DNA of 32,000 bases from Oceanidesulfovibrio indonesiensis (GCF_007625075.1 NZ_QMIE01000003.1:11326-43325), one strand, 5' to 3'. Positions 11,871 through 20,635 are shown, counted from the first letter of the stretch. Notes: generated by a model not told the origin, from the sequence alone. Made by a program: numbers and translations.

Positions 11871-12730
11871 CCAACCAGCAACGCGGGCAGGAGTTCCTGG
11901 AAGAACTCAGCGACGTCAAGCAGGATCTGCCCTACTCGCTCTCGCTGCTGCGCGACCTCTTCGGCATGACAGGCGAGTCCTCCCGCGCGTCCATGGACGA
12001 GATTGCCCAGACCATCGCCCATGACCAGGGGCTCACCACCAAAATACTCGCCCTGGCCAATTCCGCATTCTACGGGCTACAGGCCAAAGTAAGCTCGGTT
12101 TCGCGCGCCATCACCCTGCTCGGGCTCAAGGAAATCCGGAATCTCGTACTCATCCTCGGCGCCCAGGCAGTGACCGTGCGTCACTCCCTGCCGGACTCCT
12201 TCCGCCTCGGCCCGTACTGGAAACATCAGCTCAGCGTGGGCGTCATCGCCAGAACCATCGCGGAGAAGCGCGGCTCCCACGACCCGGACATTCTCTTCAC
12301 CGCCGGGCTGCTCCACGATTTCGGCAAGCTGCTCACCGCCTTGCACCGGCCGCAGGACTGGCTCGCCATCAGGGCCGTCGTCGCCAACCGGGGCCTGCAG
12401 CACAACCAGGCCGAAGAACTGCACTGGGGACTTGAGCACGGCCTGGTCGGCGCAATGACACTCAATTCCTGGAACCTGCCCCAGGAGCTGACGGAACCCC
12501 TGAACTGGCACCACAGCCCGGCCCTGGCTGGTGATTTTCGCGACGACGCCTCGGTCATCTGCCTGGCCGACGCCATGCACCACAAGATTGAGGACCCACA
12601 ATCCGTCCTCATCCATCCAGCCGGAGAAGTGCTTGCCGACTGGGGATGGGAAACCGACGAGCTGGTCGCCGAATGCGGCGACGCGCTGGACGACGACTCC
12701 ATAGACCAGCTCGCGGCAGCACTCCTCTGA
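11867..12730 (+). CDS. HDOD-domain signalling protein
   Basis: 287 aa. HDOD-type sequence (ILALANSAFYGL ... AITLLGL ... AGLLHDFGKLL ... HH). ATGA overlap with the TPR gene. Confidence 0.85.
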   Translation: MTNQQRGQEFLEELSDVKQDLPYSLSLLRDLFGMTGESSRASMDEIAQTIAHDQGLTTKILALANSAFYGLQAKVSSVSRAITLLGLKEIRNLVLILGAQAVTVRHSLPDSFRLGPYWKHQLSVGVIARTIAEKRGSHDPDILFTAGLLHDFGKLLTALHRPQDWLAIRAVVANRGLQHNQAEELHWGLEHGLVGAMTLNSWNLPQELTEPLNWHHSPALAGDFRDDASVICLADAMHHKIEDPQSVLIHPAGEVLADWGWETDELVAECGDALDDDSIDQLAAALL

Positions 12731-12775
12731 CAACCGTCGCCGGTTTTGGGCCGGCAGCTTCGGGATTTAATACCA

Positions 12776-14521
12776 ATGCGTTGGACTTATCGCACGCCGC
12801 CCGCCGAACCAAATGGCGATTGCTACACACCCGCGCCGCAGGATATCCTCGAGCGCTCCGAACCGCTCCAGGTCTCACCCATCGTCACGGAACTCCTCTG
12901 GAGGCGCGGAATAGAAGCCCTGCCCGAGATGGACGCCTACCTCTCTCCGGGGCTGCGCCACCTCGTCAGCCCGGCTGACTGGCCCGCTCTGGACAAGGCA
13001 GCGTCCATGGTTGCGCAAGCCGCACAGCAGGAACGGACCATCGCCGTGTGGGGCGACTACGACGTGGACGGCGTCACCGCATCCGCCATCCTCATCGACT
13101 ACTTCGACCGTCGCGGAATCGCCGTATTGCACCACCTTCCCGCGCGGCAGGAAGAAGGCTACGGCGTGAACAAGGAGGGCATCGAGCAACTGGCCGCCCA
13201 GGGCGCGAAGCTCCTCATCACCGTGGACTGCGGAATTTCGGATTACGAGGCCGTCTCCCGAGCCCGCGAACTGGGCATGGATGTCGTGGTCACGGACCAC
13301 CACCTCCCACCGCCCGAGCTCCCTCCGGCCAACGCCATACTGAACCCGCGCCTGGAGCCCATCCCCTGTCCCACCCTGGCCAACCTTGCAGGCGCCGGCG
13401 TGGCGTTCTTCCTCATCGCCGCGGTCAACAGCATGCTCGGCCCGGACACCGACGGCGCCAATACCGACGTGCGCTCGTTGCTGGACCTGGTGGCGCTGGG
13501 CACCCTGGCCGACGTGGTGGATCTGAAGGGTCAGAACAGAATCCTGGCCAAGAACGGCCTGCTCCTTGTGGCGGAAGCCCCCCGTCCCGGCATCGCCGCG
13601 CTCAAGGAAGCTGCCGGCTTCGCACGCAAGGCCGCGCTCGGTGCGGGTCAGGTCGTTTTCGGCCTCACCCCGCGCATTAACGCGGCTGGCCGCATGGGTC
13701 TGGCCGAGGATGCGCTCCAAATGCTTCTGGCCCAGGATTTCGACGCGGCGTGGCCTTTGGCCCAAAAGCTGGAAATCCTGAACAAGGAACGCCGGGCCGA
13801 GGAAGATCGTATCCTCCAGGAAGCACTGACCCAGGCGGAAACGCAGGCGGACCGTCTCGGCCTCGTGCTTTTCGGCGAAGACTGGCACCCGGGCGTAGTG
13901 GGCATCGTGGCATCGCGCATTGTGGAGCGGCTCGCCAAACCGGCCCTGGTGCTCTGCGCCGAGAACGGACAGCTCAAGGGCTCGGGACGCTCGGCCCACC
14001 ACTTCGACCTCCATGCTGCTCTTACTGCATGCAAGGATCTGCTCACCCGCTTCGGAGGGCACAAACAAGCCGCCGGTCTGGCGCTGGACTCAGATAATAT
14101 CGAAAAATTGCGCGATTCGTTCCATGCCGTCGTGCTCGAACAACTCGGTCCGGAGCCGCTGGCGCACTCGCTCACCGTGGACCGGCCGCTGGCCTTCTCC
14201 GAGATCGACTTCACCCTGCTCAAAGAGCTGGACCTGCTCCAGCCCTACGGCATGGGCAACCCGGAACCGGTCTTCGTTTCAAACCCCGTTGAGGTGCGCG
14301 GCCTCAGGCGGTTCGGCAAGGACCGCGTGCACGCCTCTCTCGAACTCCTGGACAAGAGCGCCCGCGCCCAGTTGCGCGGCAAATTCTGGCGCAAGGGCAA
14401 GGAACTGCCGGACACCATCAAAGGCTCCATGGTCCGCGTTGCATTCACGCCCAAAATCGACCGCTTCGACGGCGTGCCCAAGATCGAGCTTCAGATCAAG
14501 GACATCCAACCCGCCGATTAG
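12776..14521 (+). CDS. recJ: Single-stranded-DNA-specific exonuclease RecJ
   Basis: DHH motifs VWGDYDVDGVTASAIL, ITVDCG and VVVTDHH; DHHA1 region GGHKQAAG. The track ORF starts at TTG 12746; ATG 12776 (MRWTYR) is preferred but not certain. Confidence 0.92.
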   Translation: MRWTYRTPPAEPNGDCYTPAPQDILERSEPLQVSPIVTELLWRRGIEALPEMDAYLSPGLRHLVSPADWPALDKAASMVAQAAQQERTIAVWGDYDVDGVTASAILIDYFDRRGIAVLHHLPARQEEGYGVNKEGIEQLAAQGAKLLITVDCGISDYEAVSRARELGMDVVVTDHHLPPPELPPANAILNPRLEPIPCPTLANLAGAGVAFFLIAAVNSMLGPDTDGANTDVRSLLDLVALGTLADVVDLKGQNRILAKNGLLLVAEAPRPGIAALKEAAGFARKAALGAGQVVFGLTPRINAAGRMGLAEDALQMLLAQDFDAAWPLAQKLEILNKERRAEEDRILQEALTQAETQADRLGLVLFGEDWHPGVVGIVASRIVERLAKPALVLCAENGQLKGSGRSAHHFDLHAALTACKDLLTRFGGHKQAAGLALDSDNIEKLRDSFHAVVLEQLGPEPLAHSLTVDRPLAFSEIDFTLLKELDLLQPYGMGNPEPVFVSNPVEVRGLRRFGKDRVHASLELLDKSARAQLRGKFWRKGKELPDTIKGSMVRVAFTPKIDRFDGVPKIELQIKDIQPAD

Positions 14522-14644
14522 CCTTTGCATCTCATCGAGAGGCTTTGGCTTCGCCTTCCCCGCCGGGGAGCTATGCTTACGGCGCCATATTGAAGTCAGG
14601 GGATCAATGCCCCGGCCCCCCCGAAAATGAGACAGGGATCTTTC

Positions 14645-15430
14645 CTAAATCTTTTCGGCCCGATAACTGCTGCGGACGTGCGGACCGCAGAACATGTGCG
14701 GGATGCCGTGGTGCGTTCCGCAGGCGGCGTATTCGTCGAAATGCGCGGGCGGAACATAGCGGTCCGGTTCGGGGTGACGTCGCGACGGCGCGAGGTATTG
14801 CCCCACGGTGACCATGGAACACCCTGCCTCGGCCAGATCGCGGATCACGGCGTTGACTTCGGTATCGGTCTCGCCAAGGCCGACCATGAGTCCACTCTTT
14901 GCAGGCACTCCGGCTGAAGCCACGCGGGAAAGCAGTGTGAGGGACTGACGGTAGTCGGCCTGGGGCCGGATCTCGGGATAGCGACGCGGCACGGTCTCCA
15001 CGTTATGGTTCACCACGTCGGGGCCGGCGTTTTGCTTGAGGGCTCGGATAGCGGCGGCGAAGTGGCCGGCGCCGCCGTCGGTCAGGTCGTCACGTGTCAC
15101 GGAGGTGACGACCACATGGCGCAGGCCGAGCTCGCGCGCCGCCTCGGCCAGGCGGCGCGGTTCGTCCGGGTCCACAGGGGATGGCTGGCCGGGATCGATA
15201 TTGCAGAACGCGCAGTTGCGGGAGCAGATCGCGCCAAGGATCATGAACGTGGCGACCTTGCGGGAGAAGCACTCGAAGATGTTCGGGCAGCGCGCGCTCT
15301 GGCAGACCGTGTGCAGCCCGCGCGATGCGAGCAGCCGGCCCGTCTCGGCGAACATCTTATCCTTGGGCAGCTTCACCCGCAGCCACGGGGGCAGCCGCTT
15401 GGTTCTTTCGGAAGGCTTGGACAAAGGCAT
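14645..15430 (-). CDS. lipA: Lipoyl synthase LipA (unusually short: in-frame gap of about 22 aa relative to characterised LipA proteins)
   Basis: 261 aa from ATG 15430 (MPLSKPSERTKRLPPWLRVKLP). Auxiliary-cluster motif CQSARCPNIFEC, radical-SAM motif CSRNCAFC, and C-terminal GPHVRSSYRA. The rest of ORF 14645-15712 upstream is non-coding extension. Confidence 0.9.
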   Translation of the reverse strand: MPLSKPSERTKRLPPWLRVKLPKDKMFAETGRLLASRGLHTVCQSARCPNIFECFSRKVATFMILGAICSRNCAFCNIDPGQPSPVDPDEPRRLAEAARELGLRHVVVTSVTRDDLTDGGAGHFAAAIRALKQNAGPDVVNHNVETVPRRYPEIRPQADYRQSLTLLSRVASAGVPAKSGLMVGLGETDTEVNAVIRDLAEAGCSMVTVGQYLAPSRRHPEPDRYVPPAHFDEYAACGTHHGIPHMFCGPHVRSSYRAEKI

Positions 15431-16046
15431 GTTTGGCAGTCTCCATGGGTATGGGCTCAGGGTACGCCCGGCCGGACGCTTCCGCAACGTGTCGGCGTTC
15501 AAAGTCCAGGGAGGTGGCCCGAGCGCTGGCCACGCCGCAGGGCACAATCCACTCGAACGGTCCCAGATCCTCTCCGACGTTGAGGGCGAGTCCGTGGTAG
15601 CTGACCCAGCGCCGCACGCCGAGGCCGATGGAGGCGATCTTGCCCGTTTCTGTCCACACGCCGGGGAAACCATCGCGGCGATGGGTCCGCACGCCGAACG
15701 CGGCGCACACATCCATGGCGCATTGCTCCAGCAGTTGCACGAACGAACGAACGCCGCCGGGCCTTTTGGCGAGCCGGAAAATGACGTACGCCACGAGTTG
15801 ACCCGGAAAATGGCAGGTCACGTCGCCGCCGCGCTCGGTCTTGCGCAGGGCCACGCCATTGGCGACGAGAAATTCTTCCGAAACCATGAGTCCTTTCGCT
15901 CTGCCGGAGCGCCCGACAGTGACCACGGGCTCGTGTTCCAGAAGGAATAACGTCTCCTCGGCGCCAGCCTCCACGTCCGCGCGTCGTTGCAGCTGGACAT
16001 GGTGGGCGGCGTCGTAGTCGATTCGTCCAAGATCCTGGACAATCAC
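15357..16046 (-). CDS. lipB: Octanoyltransferase LipB
   Basis: 229 aa from GTG 16046 (VIVQDLGRIDYDAAHHVQ...). Shows LLEHEPVVTVGR, RGGDVTCHFPGQLVAY and GKIASIGLGVRRWVSYHGLALNV (catalytic Lys and Cys context). The start is 2 nt after the upstream stop. Confidence 0.9.
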   Translation of the reverse strand: MIVQDLGRIDYDAAHHVQLQRRADVEAGAEETLFLLEHEPVVTVGRSGRAKGLMVSEEFLVANGVALRKTERGGDVTCHFPGQLVAYVIFRLAKRPGGVRSFVQLLEQCAMDVCAAFGVRTHRRDGFPGVWTETGKIASIGLGVRRWVSYHGLALNVGEDLGPFEWIVPCGVASARATSLDFERRHVAEASGRAYPEPIPMETAKHAFVQAFRKNQAAAPVAAGEAAQG

Positions 16047-16048
16047 AC

Positions 16049-17248
16049 TTACTCTCCGAGGAAAACGACGGGAGCTCCGGATTTGGGGTCGCGCTCCGGT
16101 CCGCTGGGCGGCTCCACGAGAACATGCGAACCTTGCATTGGCAACTCGCTGCGTTTTGCCGAGCGCAGGAGCACGAGTCCGCGCGGCGAACACGCATACG
16201 CGCCGAAATCGCTGCGCGCTCCGTCCTCTCCAAGTGAAAAAGCGTTGGAAAGGACCCGCGCCTCCATGTCCTTGTCCTTGTGCGGTCCGACCTCGCCGCC
16301 GGCGAGCAGAACAAAACTCAGGGACACATCCTCCCTGCCGAAGCCGGCGTCCTTGGTGAGCTTTTCCAGCCAAGCGGGCGCGCCGGTAGCCGCAGCCTTG
16401 AAGTGGCACCACGCCTGTCCACGTCCGCGGGCGGCGAGTACGGAGCACGGAAAAAGATCGCCGGAAACGGCGTGCGAGGCCGGCGCCGGGCACGGCGCGA
16501 TGGGCACGAAGCCGCGTTCCTGGGCCGTTTCCCGGGCATGGGAAACCATGGTTCCCCCCAAACGCGTTCCGGGTTCAACAAGCAGTGCATTCGCGGCGCG
16601 GTCCAGCATAGGCCCCAGCCGGCCAGCCACGGCGCCGCCCGGGGAGTCGTCCCGGGAGGTGGAAAATTCGTTCAGCAGGTTCGCGGCCACGAGCATGTCA
16701 AACCGCTTGGGCAGATCGCGCACGCCGCCAGGGGCCGGTTTCTGCACCAGACGCACCTTCCAGGCGGCGCGGCCGCCGGCCATGTCGTCCAGCAGGTCCC
16801 GCCCTATCTTCATGGCCTTGCCCGCCAAGTCCATGCAGTTCACGGACCAAGGGGATTCCCGCCGTTCGGGCAAAGCCAGCCAGAGGGCCTGCACTGTGGT
16901 GAGCGGACCGCTGCCAGCGTCTACAATTGTGGACTCTTCAGGAAGCATGCCGAGTAGCGGTTCGCGCAGGCCGGTGAACAACCGTGTGAGCCGATACAGA
17001 TTCCAGGGGAGAAAATAGTACAGGTACGCGCCGAGCAACGCCGGGTCGCGCAGGTAGTCGGCCTGCCGTTCGCTGCGCTCGCTGGTGAGGGCGCGGGACA
17101 GACGCCCAATGGCGTCCGGCAAGGCGGCGCGGTGTTTGCGCTTGAGCGGATATGCGCGGTCAAGCAGCTCGGGATAGCGTTCCAGATAGGCCGCAGCCTC
17201 GTCCGGAAGAGGCGGGAGGAGCGTTTGAATCGGATGAATCTCTGTCAT
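16049..17248 (-). CDS. Rsm22/COG5459-like class I SAM-dependent methyltransferase (tentative)
   Basis: 399 aa from ATG 17248 (MTEIHPIQ; GGAGG about 14 nt upstream). SAM motif I-like IVDAGSGPLT, LVAANLLNEF (Rsm22-type ..LNE.), and a C-terminal Cys motif APCP...FPC...WCHF as in Rsm22-family proteins. Confidence 0.6.
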   Translation of the reverse strand: MTEIHPIQTLLPPLPDEAAAYLERYPELLDRAYPLKRKHRAALPDAIGRLSRALTSERSERQADYLRDPALLGAYLYYFLPWNLYRLTRLFTGLREPLLGMLPEESTIVDAGSGPLTTVQALWLALPERRESPWSVNCMDLAGKAMKIGRDLLDDMAGGRAAWKVRLVQKPAPGGVRDLPKRFDMLVAANLLNEFSTSRDDSPGGAVAGRLGPMLDRAANALLVEPGTRLGGTMVSHARETAQERGFVPIAPCPAPASHAVSGDLFPCSVLAARGRGQAWCHFKAAATGAPAWLEKLTKDAGFGREDVSLSFVLLAGGEVGPHKDKDMEARVLSNAFSLGEDGARSDFGAYACSPRGLVLLRSAKRSELPMQGSHVLVEPPSGPERDPKSGAPVVFLGE

Positions 17249-17329
17249 GAATACTTCACTGCCTCCGGCGTCCAGGGAGGCATAACTCCCTGGCAGGGGT
17301 GCGGGGGACAGCGTCCCCAATAAATGGAA

Positions 17330-18949
17330 TCATCGCGCCAAGGCGTGGTCAAAGGTCATGGCAGCGGCAAAGGCGGCATGGAAATCGTGCTCGGCAGCAA
17401 GATCGATAACCACAGCGGCTTTGGCGAGGTCTGCCAGCAGCGTGCGGAAGGATGTTTCATAACACAAGAGCTTCGCACCCTCCAGGGCCAGATTTCCGGC
17501 CGCATGCAGTCGTGGACCCAGCCCCCGCGGCACGAAGCCCAGACCCTCCAGATCGTCGGGACGCACATGCGCTCCCAACGATCCGGCAAGCTGCACCGAG
17601 GCAAGGTCTCCGGGCGCAAGGCCAGCTGCGCTGAGCACTCTGTCAAACGCGACATGAAACGCGGCTTTTACCTTGAGCAACTCTTCTACGTCGCGCGGAT
17701 CGAGATGCATGGGCCGTCCATCTTCATAGACAACGGGCAGACGCAGCATCCGTCGGCCTGCGTGGATGTGCACATTGTCCAGCAACCGACGGGTCAGGGG
17801 CGATGTTGCTTCATCGGCTTTCATGAACCGGCCGTCCTGTCCCAGCACGCCGGCCCGAAGCAACGTGTGAACGAGGCTCAGGTATCCGGTGCCGGCAATG
17901 CCCGCGGCTGTCCGGAGCGGTTGGCCGTCCATGTCATAAGCTTCCAACCCGGCCGGGCCGAGCTCGAACAGCGTGACAATGCCCGGACCCGCCATTGCGC
18001 CGTGCGTAAGGCCAATGCCCTCCAACGCTGGACCGAGCGCCACGCTCGCGGCGAAAATTTGGTCCCGGCCGCCTTTTTCCCGCACCAGAATAAACTCGCC
18101 GTTGGTTCCTAGGTCTGCAAGCAGGAATGGGCGAGGCGTATCTCGTTTCAGAAGCGCCGCCAGGCCGGCCGCGGCGTCCGCGCCCACGAACGGCCCGATC
18201 TGCGCCGGCACATAACACGCCGGCAATGCTCCGGAAAGCTGCACTGTTTCGTCGCCCGGGAAGTCGAGCCGGTATGGCGCCCTGGCCAGATCCTCTACGC
18301 TTCTGCCCAGGGCGATGGCGACCATGGCGGGATTTCCCACGAGGCTGAGACTCGCAATGCGCGTCTCCGCGCCAAGGGCTGCAGGGATAGACTTACTGAG
18401 TTCTTCCAGCCTGCCGGTCGCCAGTCCCCGGAGTTCGAGGGCTCCGTCGGGGTCGAGGGCGTAGCCGATGCGCGACATGACCTCGCTGCCGGCGCCCAGC
18501 TGGGGGTTGAGTTCGTGTCCGTAGGCCACGCATATCTCGCCCAGCATGACGGACCAGTGGAGGCTTGTGGTGCCGAGGTCCACGGCAAGACAGAGGCCTG
18601 CCTGTCCTTCCAGCTGCGCTCCGTGGAACGCCTGACGCTCAACGCGGCTTTCTTGTGGCACGTGAAGCTCGGTCCCGTCCTCCAATGTGGACGCCATGTG
18701 GCGACATGCCAGACGCCAGCCGGCCCGGATGTCATCTTCGGTCAGCAGTTCGCGTTCCGCCGTTTCCGGAACCGGTGCGTCGGTCGCGTCATCGAACCGG
18801 ACTTTGCACAGACCGCATCGGCCCAGACCGGAGCACAGCGGTCGCGGGGGCAGGAACCCGTGGGCAAAGACCTCCTGCGCCAGGGTCCGCCCGTGCCGAG
18901 GCTCCAGGATGCGGCGCGCGCCGTCGCTGCGAACAATGGTGATGGTCAT
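17330..18949 (-). CDS. RACo-like protein: N-terminal plant-type 2Fe-2S ferredoxin domain fused to an ASKHA ATPase domain (DUF4445 family, corrinoid/metalloenzyme reductive activase-like)
   Basis: 539 aa. N-terminal CSGLGRCGLCKV...LACRH cysteine pattern. ASKHA phosphate motifs LAVDLGTTSLHW and LLADLGTNGEFIL. SD GAGGGA lies before ATG 18949. Confidence 0.8.
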   Translation of the reverse strand: MTITIVRSDGARRILEPRHGRTLAQEVFAHGFLPPRPLCSGLGRCGLCKVRFDDATDAPVPETAERELLTEDDIRAGWRLACRHMASTLEDGTELHVPQESRVERQAFHGAQLEGQAGLCLAVDLGTTSLHWSVMLGEICVAYGHELNPQLGAGSEVMSRIGYALDPDGALELRGLATGRLEELSKSIPAALGAETRIASLSLVGNPAMVAIALGRSVEDLARAPYRLDFPGDETVQLSGALPACYVPAQIGPFVGADAAAGLAALLKRDTPRPFLLADLGTNGEFILVREKGGRDQIFAASVALGPALEGIGLTHGAMAGPGIVTLFELGPAGLEAYDMDGQPLRTAAGIAGTGYLSLVHTLLRAGVLGQDGRFMKADEATSPLTRRLLDNVHIHAGRRMLRLPVVYEDGRPMHLDPRDVEELLKVKAAFHVAFDRVLSAAGLAPGDLASVQLAGSLGAHVRPDDLEGLGFVPRGLGPRLHAAGNLALEGAKLLCYETSFRTLLADLAKAAVVIDLAAEHDFHAAFAAAMTFDHALAR

Positions 18950-18955
18950 TTCCCT

Positions 18956-19828
18956 CTACCCCACAACGGCCACAATAGCTGCTCCCAGGGCCATGAACCC
19001 TGCTCCGACGAGCCTGCGCGTCATGTTGCTTTCCTTGAACATGACTCCTCCGTACATCACGCCAATCAATCCGTTCAAGCGTTTCACTGCGATCATGTAG
19101 GCAGCGTAGGTCAACGAAATGGCGAAAAAGTGGCAGATGATATGGAAGAACATCATGACGCCGATGAGCAGGCCTGCCGCCGGGCGCTCCAGAAGCGCGG
19201 CCGGCGTGATTCTCCCGGCGAAAAAGAGTGCGGCGAGAACGGCCGCGTTGTGTACGCTGAAGAACATCATGCCTGCGAACAACGGATCGGACCGCAGGAG
19301 AAGGCTCTTGCCCAACACCGCGGCGAATGCGAACACCAGCGACGCTCCGAGCATGAGCCGGGACCCGGGTTCCGCCACCACGGCCTTGAGCGGGGCAAGC
19401 AGATCGCCGTTGCGTCGCGGACCGCCTGCGGTGAGGACCCAGCTGCCGAACACGATGGTCAGGATGCCGAGCATACCGAGCCAGGACGGGACTTCCCCCA
19501 GAAAGAAAAAACCGGTGGCGACCACGAACATGGGCGTGAACGCCTGGAACGGCATGGTCAGCGAGAGCGGCGAAATCTTGACTGCCCAGAATGTGAGCAG
19601 CATACCGAGTGCATTGAGCGGTACAAGGACGGCGAGCACAGGCCAGAACCCGGGCGCCAGGGCCGGCGCATCCAGAAATGCCAGAACGCCTGCGAACAAA
19701 GGCAGACTGTAGGCGCACGGGTAGGCGATTATCGCCAGCGGCGGAAGATCCCCCAGCTTGCGTTTGGCCACGGCGGCTTCGCTCGCCGAGAAGAAGGCCG
19801 TTGCAAATGCGAGGAGGAACCAGAGCAC
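18956..19828 (-). CDS. EamA/DMT-superfamily permease
   Basis: 290 aa with about 10 predicted hydrophobic helices arranged as two EamA-like halves. GTG start with a GGAGA SD; only 6 nt from the downstream gene. Confidence 0.8.
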   Translation of the reverse strand: MLWFLLAFATAFFSASEAAVAKRKLGDLPPLAIIAYPCAYSLPLFAGVLAFLDAPALAPGFWPVLAVLVPLNALGMLLTFWAVKISPLSLTMPFQAFTPMFVVATGFFFLGEVPSWLGMLGILTIVFGSWVLTAGGPRRNGDLLAPLKAVVAEPGSRLMLGASLVFAFAAVLGKSLLLRSDPLFAGMMFFSVHNAAVLAALFFAGRITPAALLERPAAGLLIGVMMFFHIICHFFAISLTYAAYMIAVKRLNGLIGVMYGGVMFKESNMTRRLVGAGFMALGAAIVAVVG

Positions 19829-19840
19829 AGGGTCTCCGCG

Positions 19841-20635
19841 TCAGGCCAGGAGCATCCTGTCCGACGAGAGCTTCTCCCCGCGCACGGTGTAGAATTGCTG
19901 CAAAAGGTCGTCCACTGTGAGCTTGCGCTTGTCCTCGCCTTCCAGGTCCAGAATGATCTCGCCCTGGTGGAGCATGATGAGTCGATTGCCCATGCTGAGC
20001 GCCTGGTTCATGTTGTGGGTGACCATGAGCGTGGTGAGCTTCTCGGATTCCACTATCTGCTCGGTAAGTTCGAGAATCTGCGTGGCGGTCTTGGGGTCCA
20101 GGGCCGCGGTGTGCTCGTCCAGCAGCAGCAGGTCCGGCTTGACCATGGTGGCCATGAGCATGGTGAGCGCCTGGCGCTGCCCTCCGGAGAGCAGCCCCAC
20201 CTGGTCCTTGAGCCTGTGCTCCAGACCGAGGCCGAGGTGCTGCAACTTGTCGCGGAACAGCTCGCGGTCCCTCTCCTTGACCCCAAGAGCCAGGCCGCGG
20301 CGAGTGCCCCGCCTGAGCGCCAGGGCCAGGTTCTGCTCGATGGTCAGCGAGGCGCAGGTGCCTTTGAGCGGATCCTGGAACACGCGGCCAACGAACTTGG
20401 CGCGCTTGTGCTCTGGCCATCTGGTGATGTCGTGTCCCGAGAGCACGAGTCGGCCGGAATCCGGATAAAATCCGCCGGCCACGCAGTTGAGCATGGTGGA
20501 CTTGCCCGCGCCGTTGGAGCCGATGACGGTGACGAAATCCGCGCGCTCCACGATGAGGTCCAGTTCCTTGAGCGCATGGACCTCGTTGATGGTGCCTTTG
20601 TTGAAGAATTTTGTAACCTTCTCAAGAATTAGCAC
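19841..20635 (-). CDS. ABC transporter ATP-binding protein (COG1101-type partner of the PF04392-family uptake system)
   Basis: 264 aa. Walker A GSNGAGKST, signature LSGGQRQ, Walker B LLLLDEHTAALD. GTG start overlaps the permease stop by 14 nt. Confidence 0.92.
   Translation of the reverse strand: MLILEKVTKFFNKGTINEVHALKELDLIVERADFVTVIGSNGAGKSTMLNCVAGGFYPDSGRLVLSGHDITRWPEHKRAKFVGRVFQDPLKGTCASLTIEQNLALALRRGTRRGLALGVKERDRELFRDKLQHLGLGLEHRLKDQVGLLSGGQRQALTMLMATMVKPDLLLLDEHTAALDPKTATQILELTEQIVESEKLTTLMVTHNMNQALSMGNRLIMLHQGEIILDLEGEDKRKLTVDDLLQQFYTVRGEKLSSDRMLLA

Noticed and set aside
15431-16493. N-terminal extensions of the lipA ORF (to 15712) and the lipB ORF (to 16493) in the ORF track.
   Set aside because: The extensions are Arg/Pro/Ala-rich and overlap the upstream genes. 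Homology-consistent starts with the conserved N-terminal motifs lie at 15430 (lipA) and 16046 (lipB). The same logic was applied to grpE (16 to 145), gatC, gatA, yicC, the Rsm22-like gene, the MCP gene and ltaE.
18515-20632. 705-aa + strand ORF spanning three annotated minus-strand genes. A 543-aa minus-strand ORF (18789-20420) in another frame accompanies it.
   Set aside because: It is antisense or out of frame to well-supported genes (RACo-like N-terminus, EamA, ABC ATPase with intact Walker motifs). The translation is low-complexity and rich in His, Arg, Gly and Glu, with no recognisable motif. This is the typical stop-codon-poor shadow frame of high-GC DNA.
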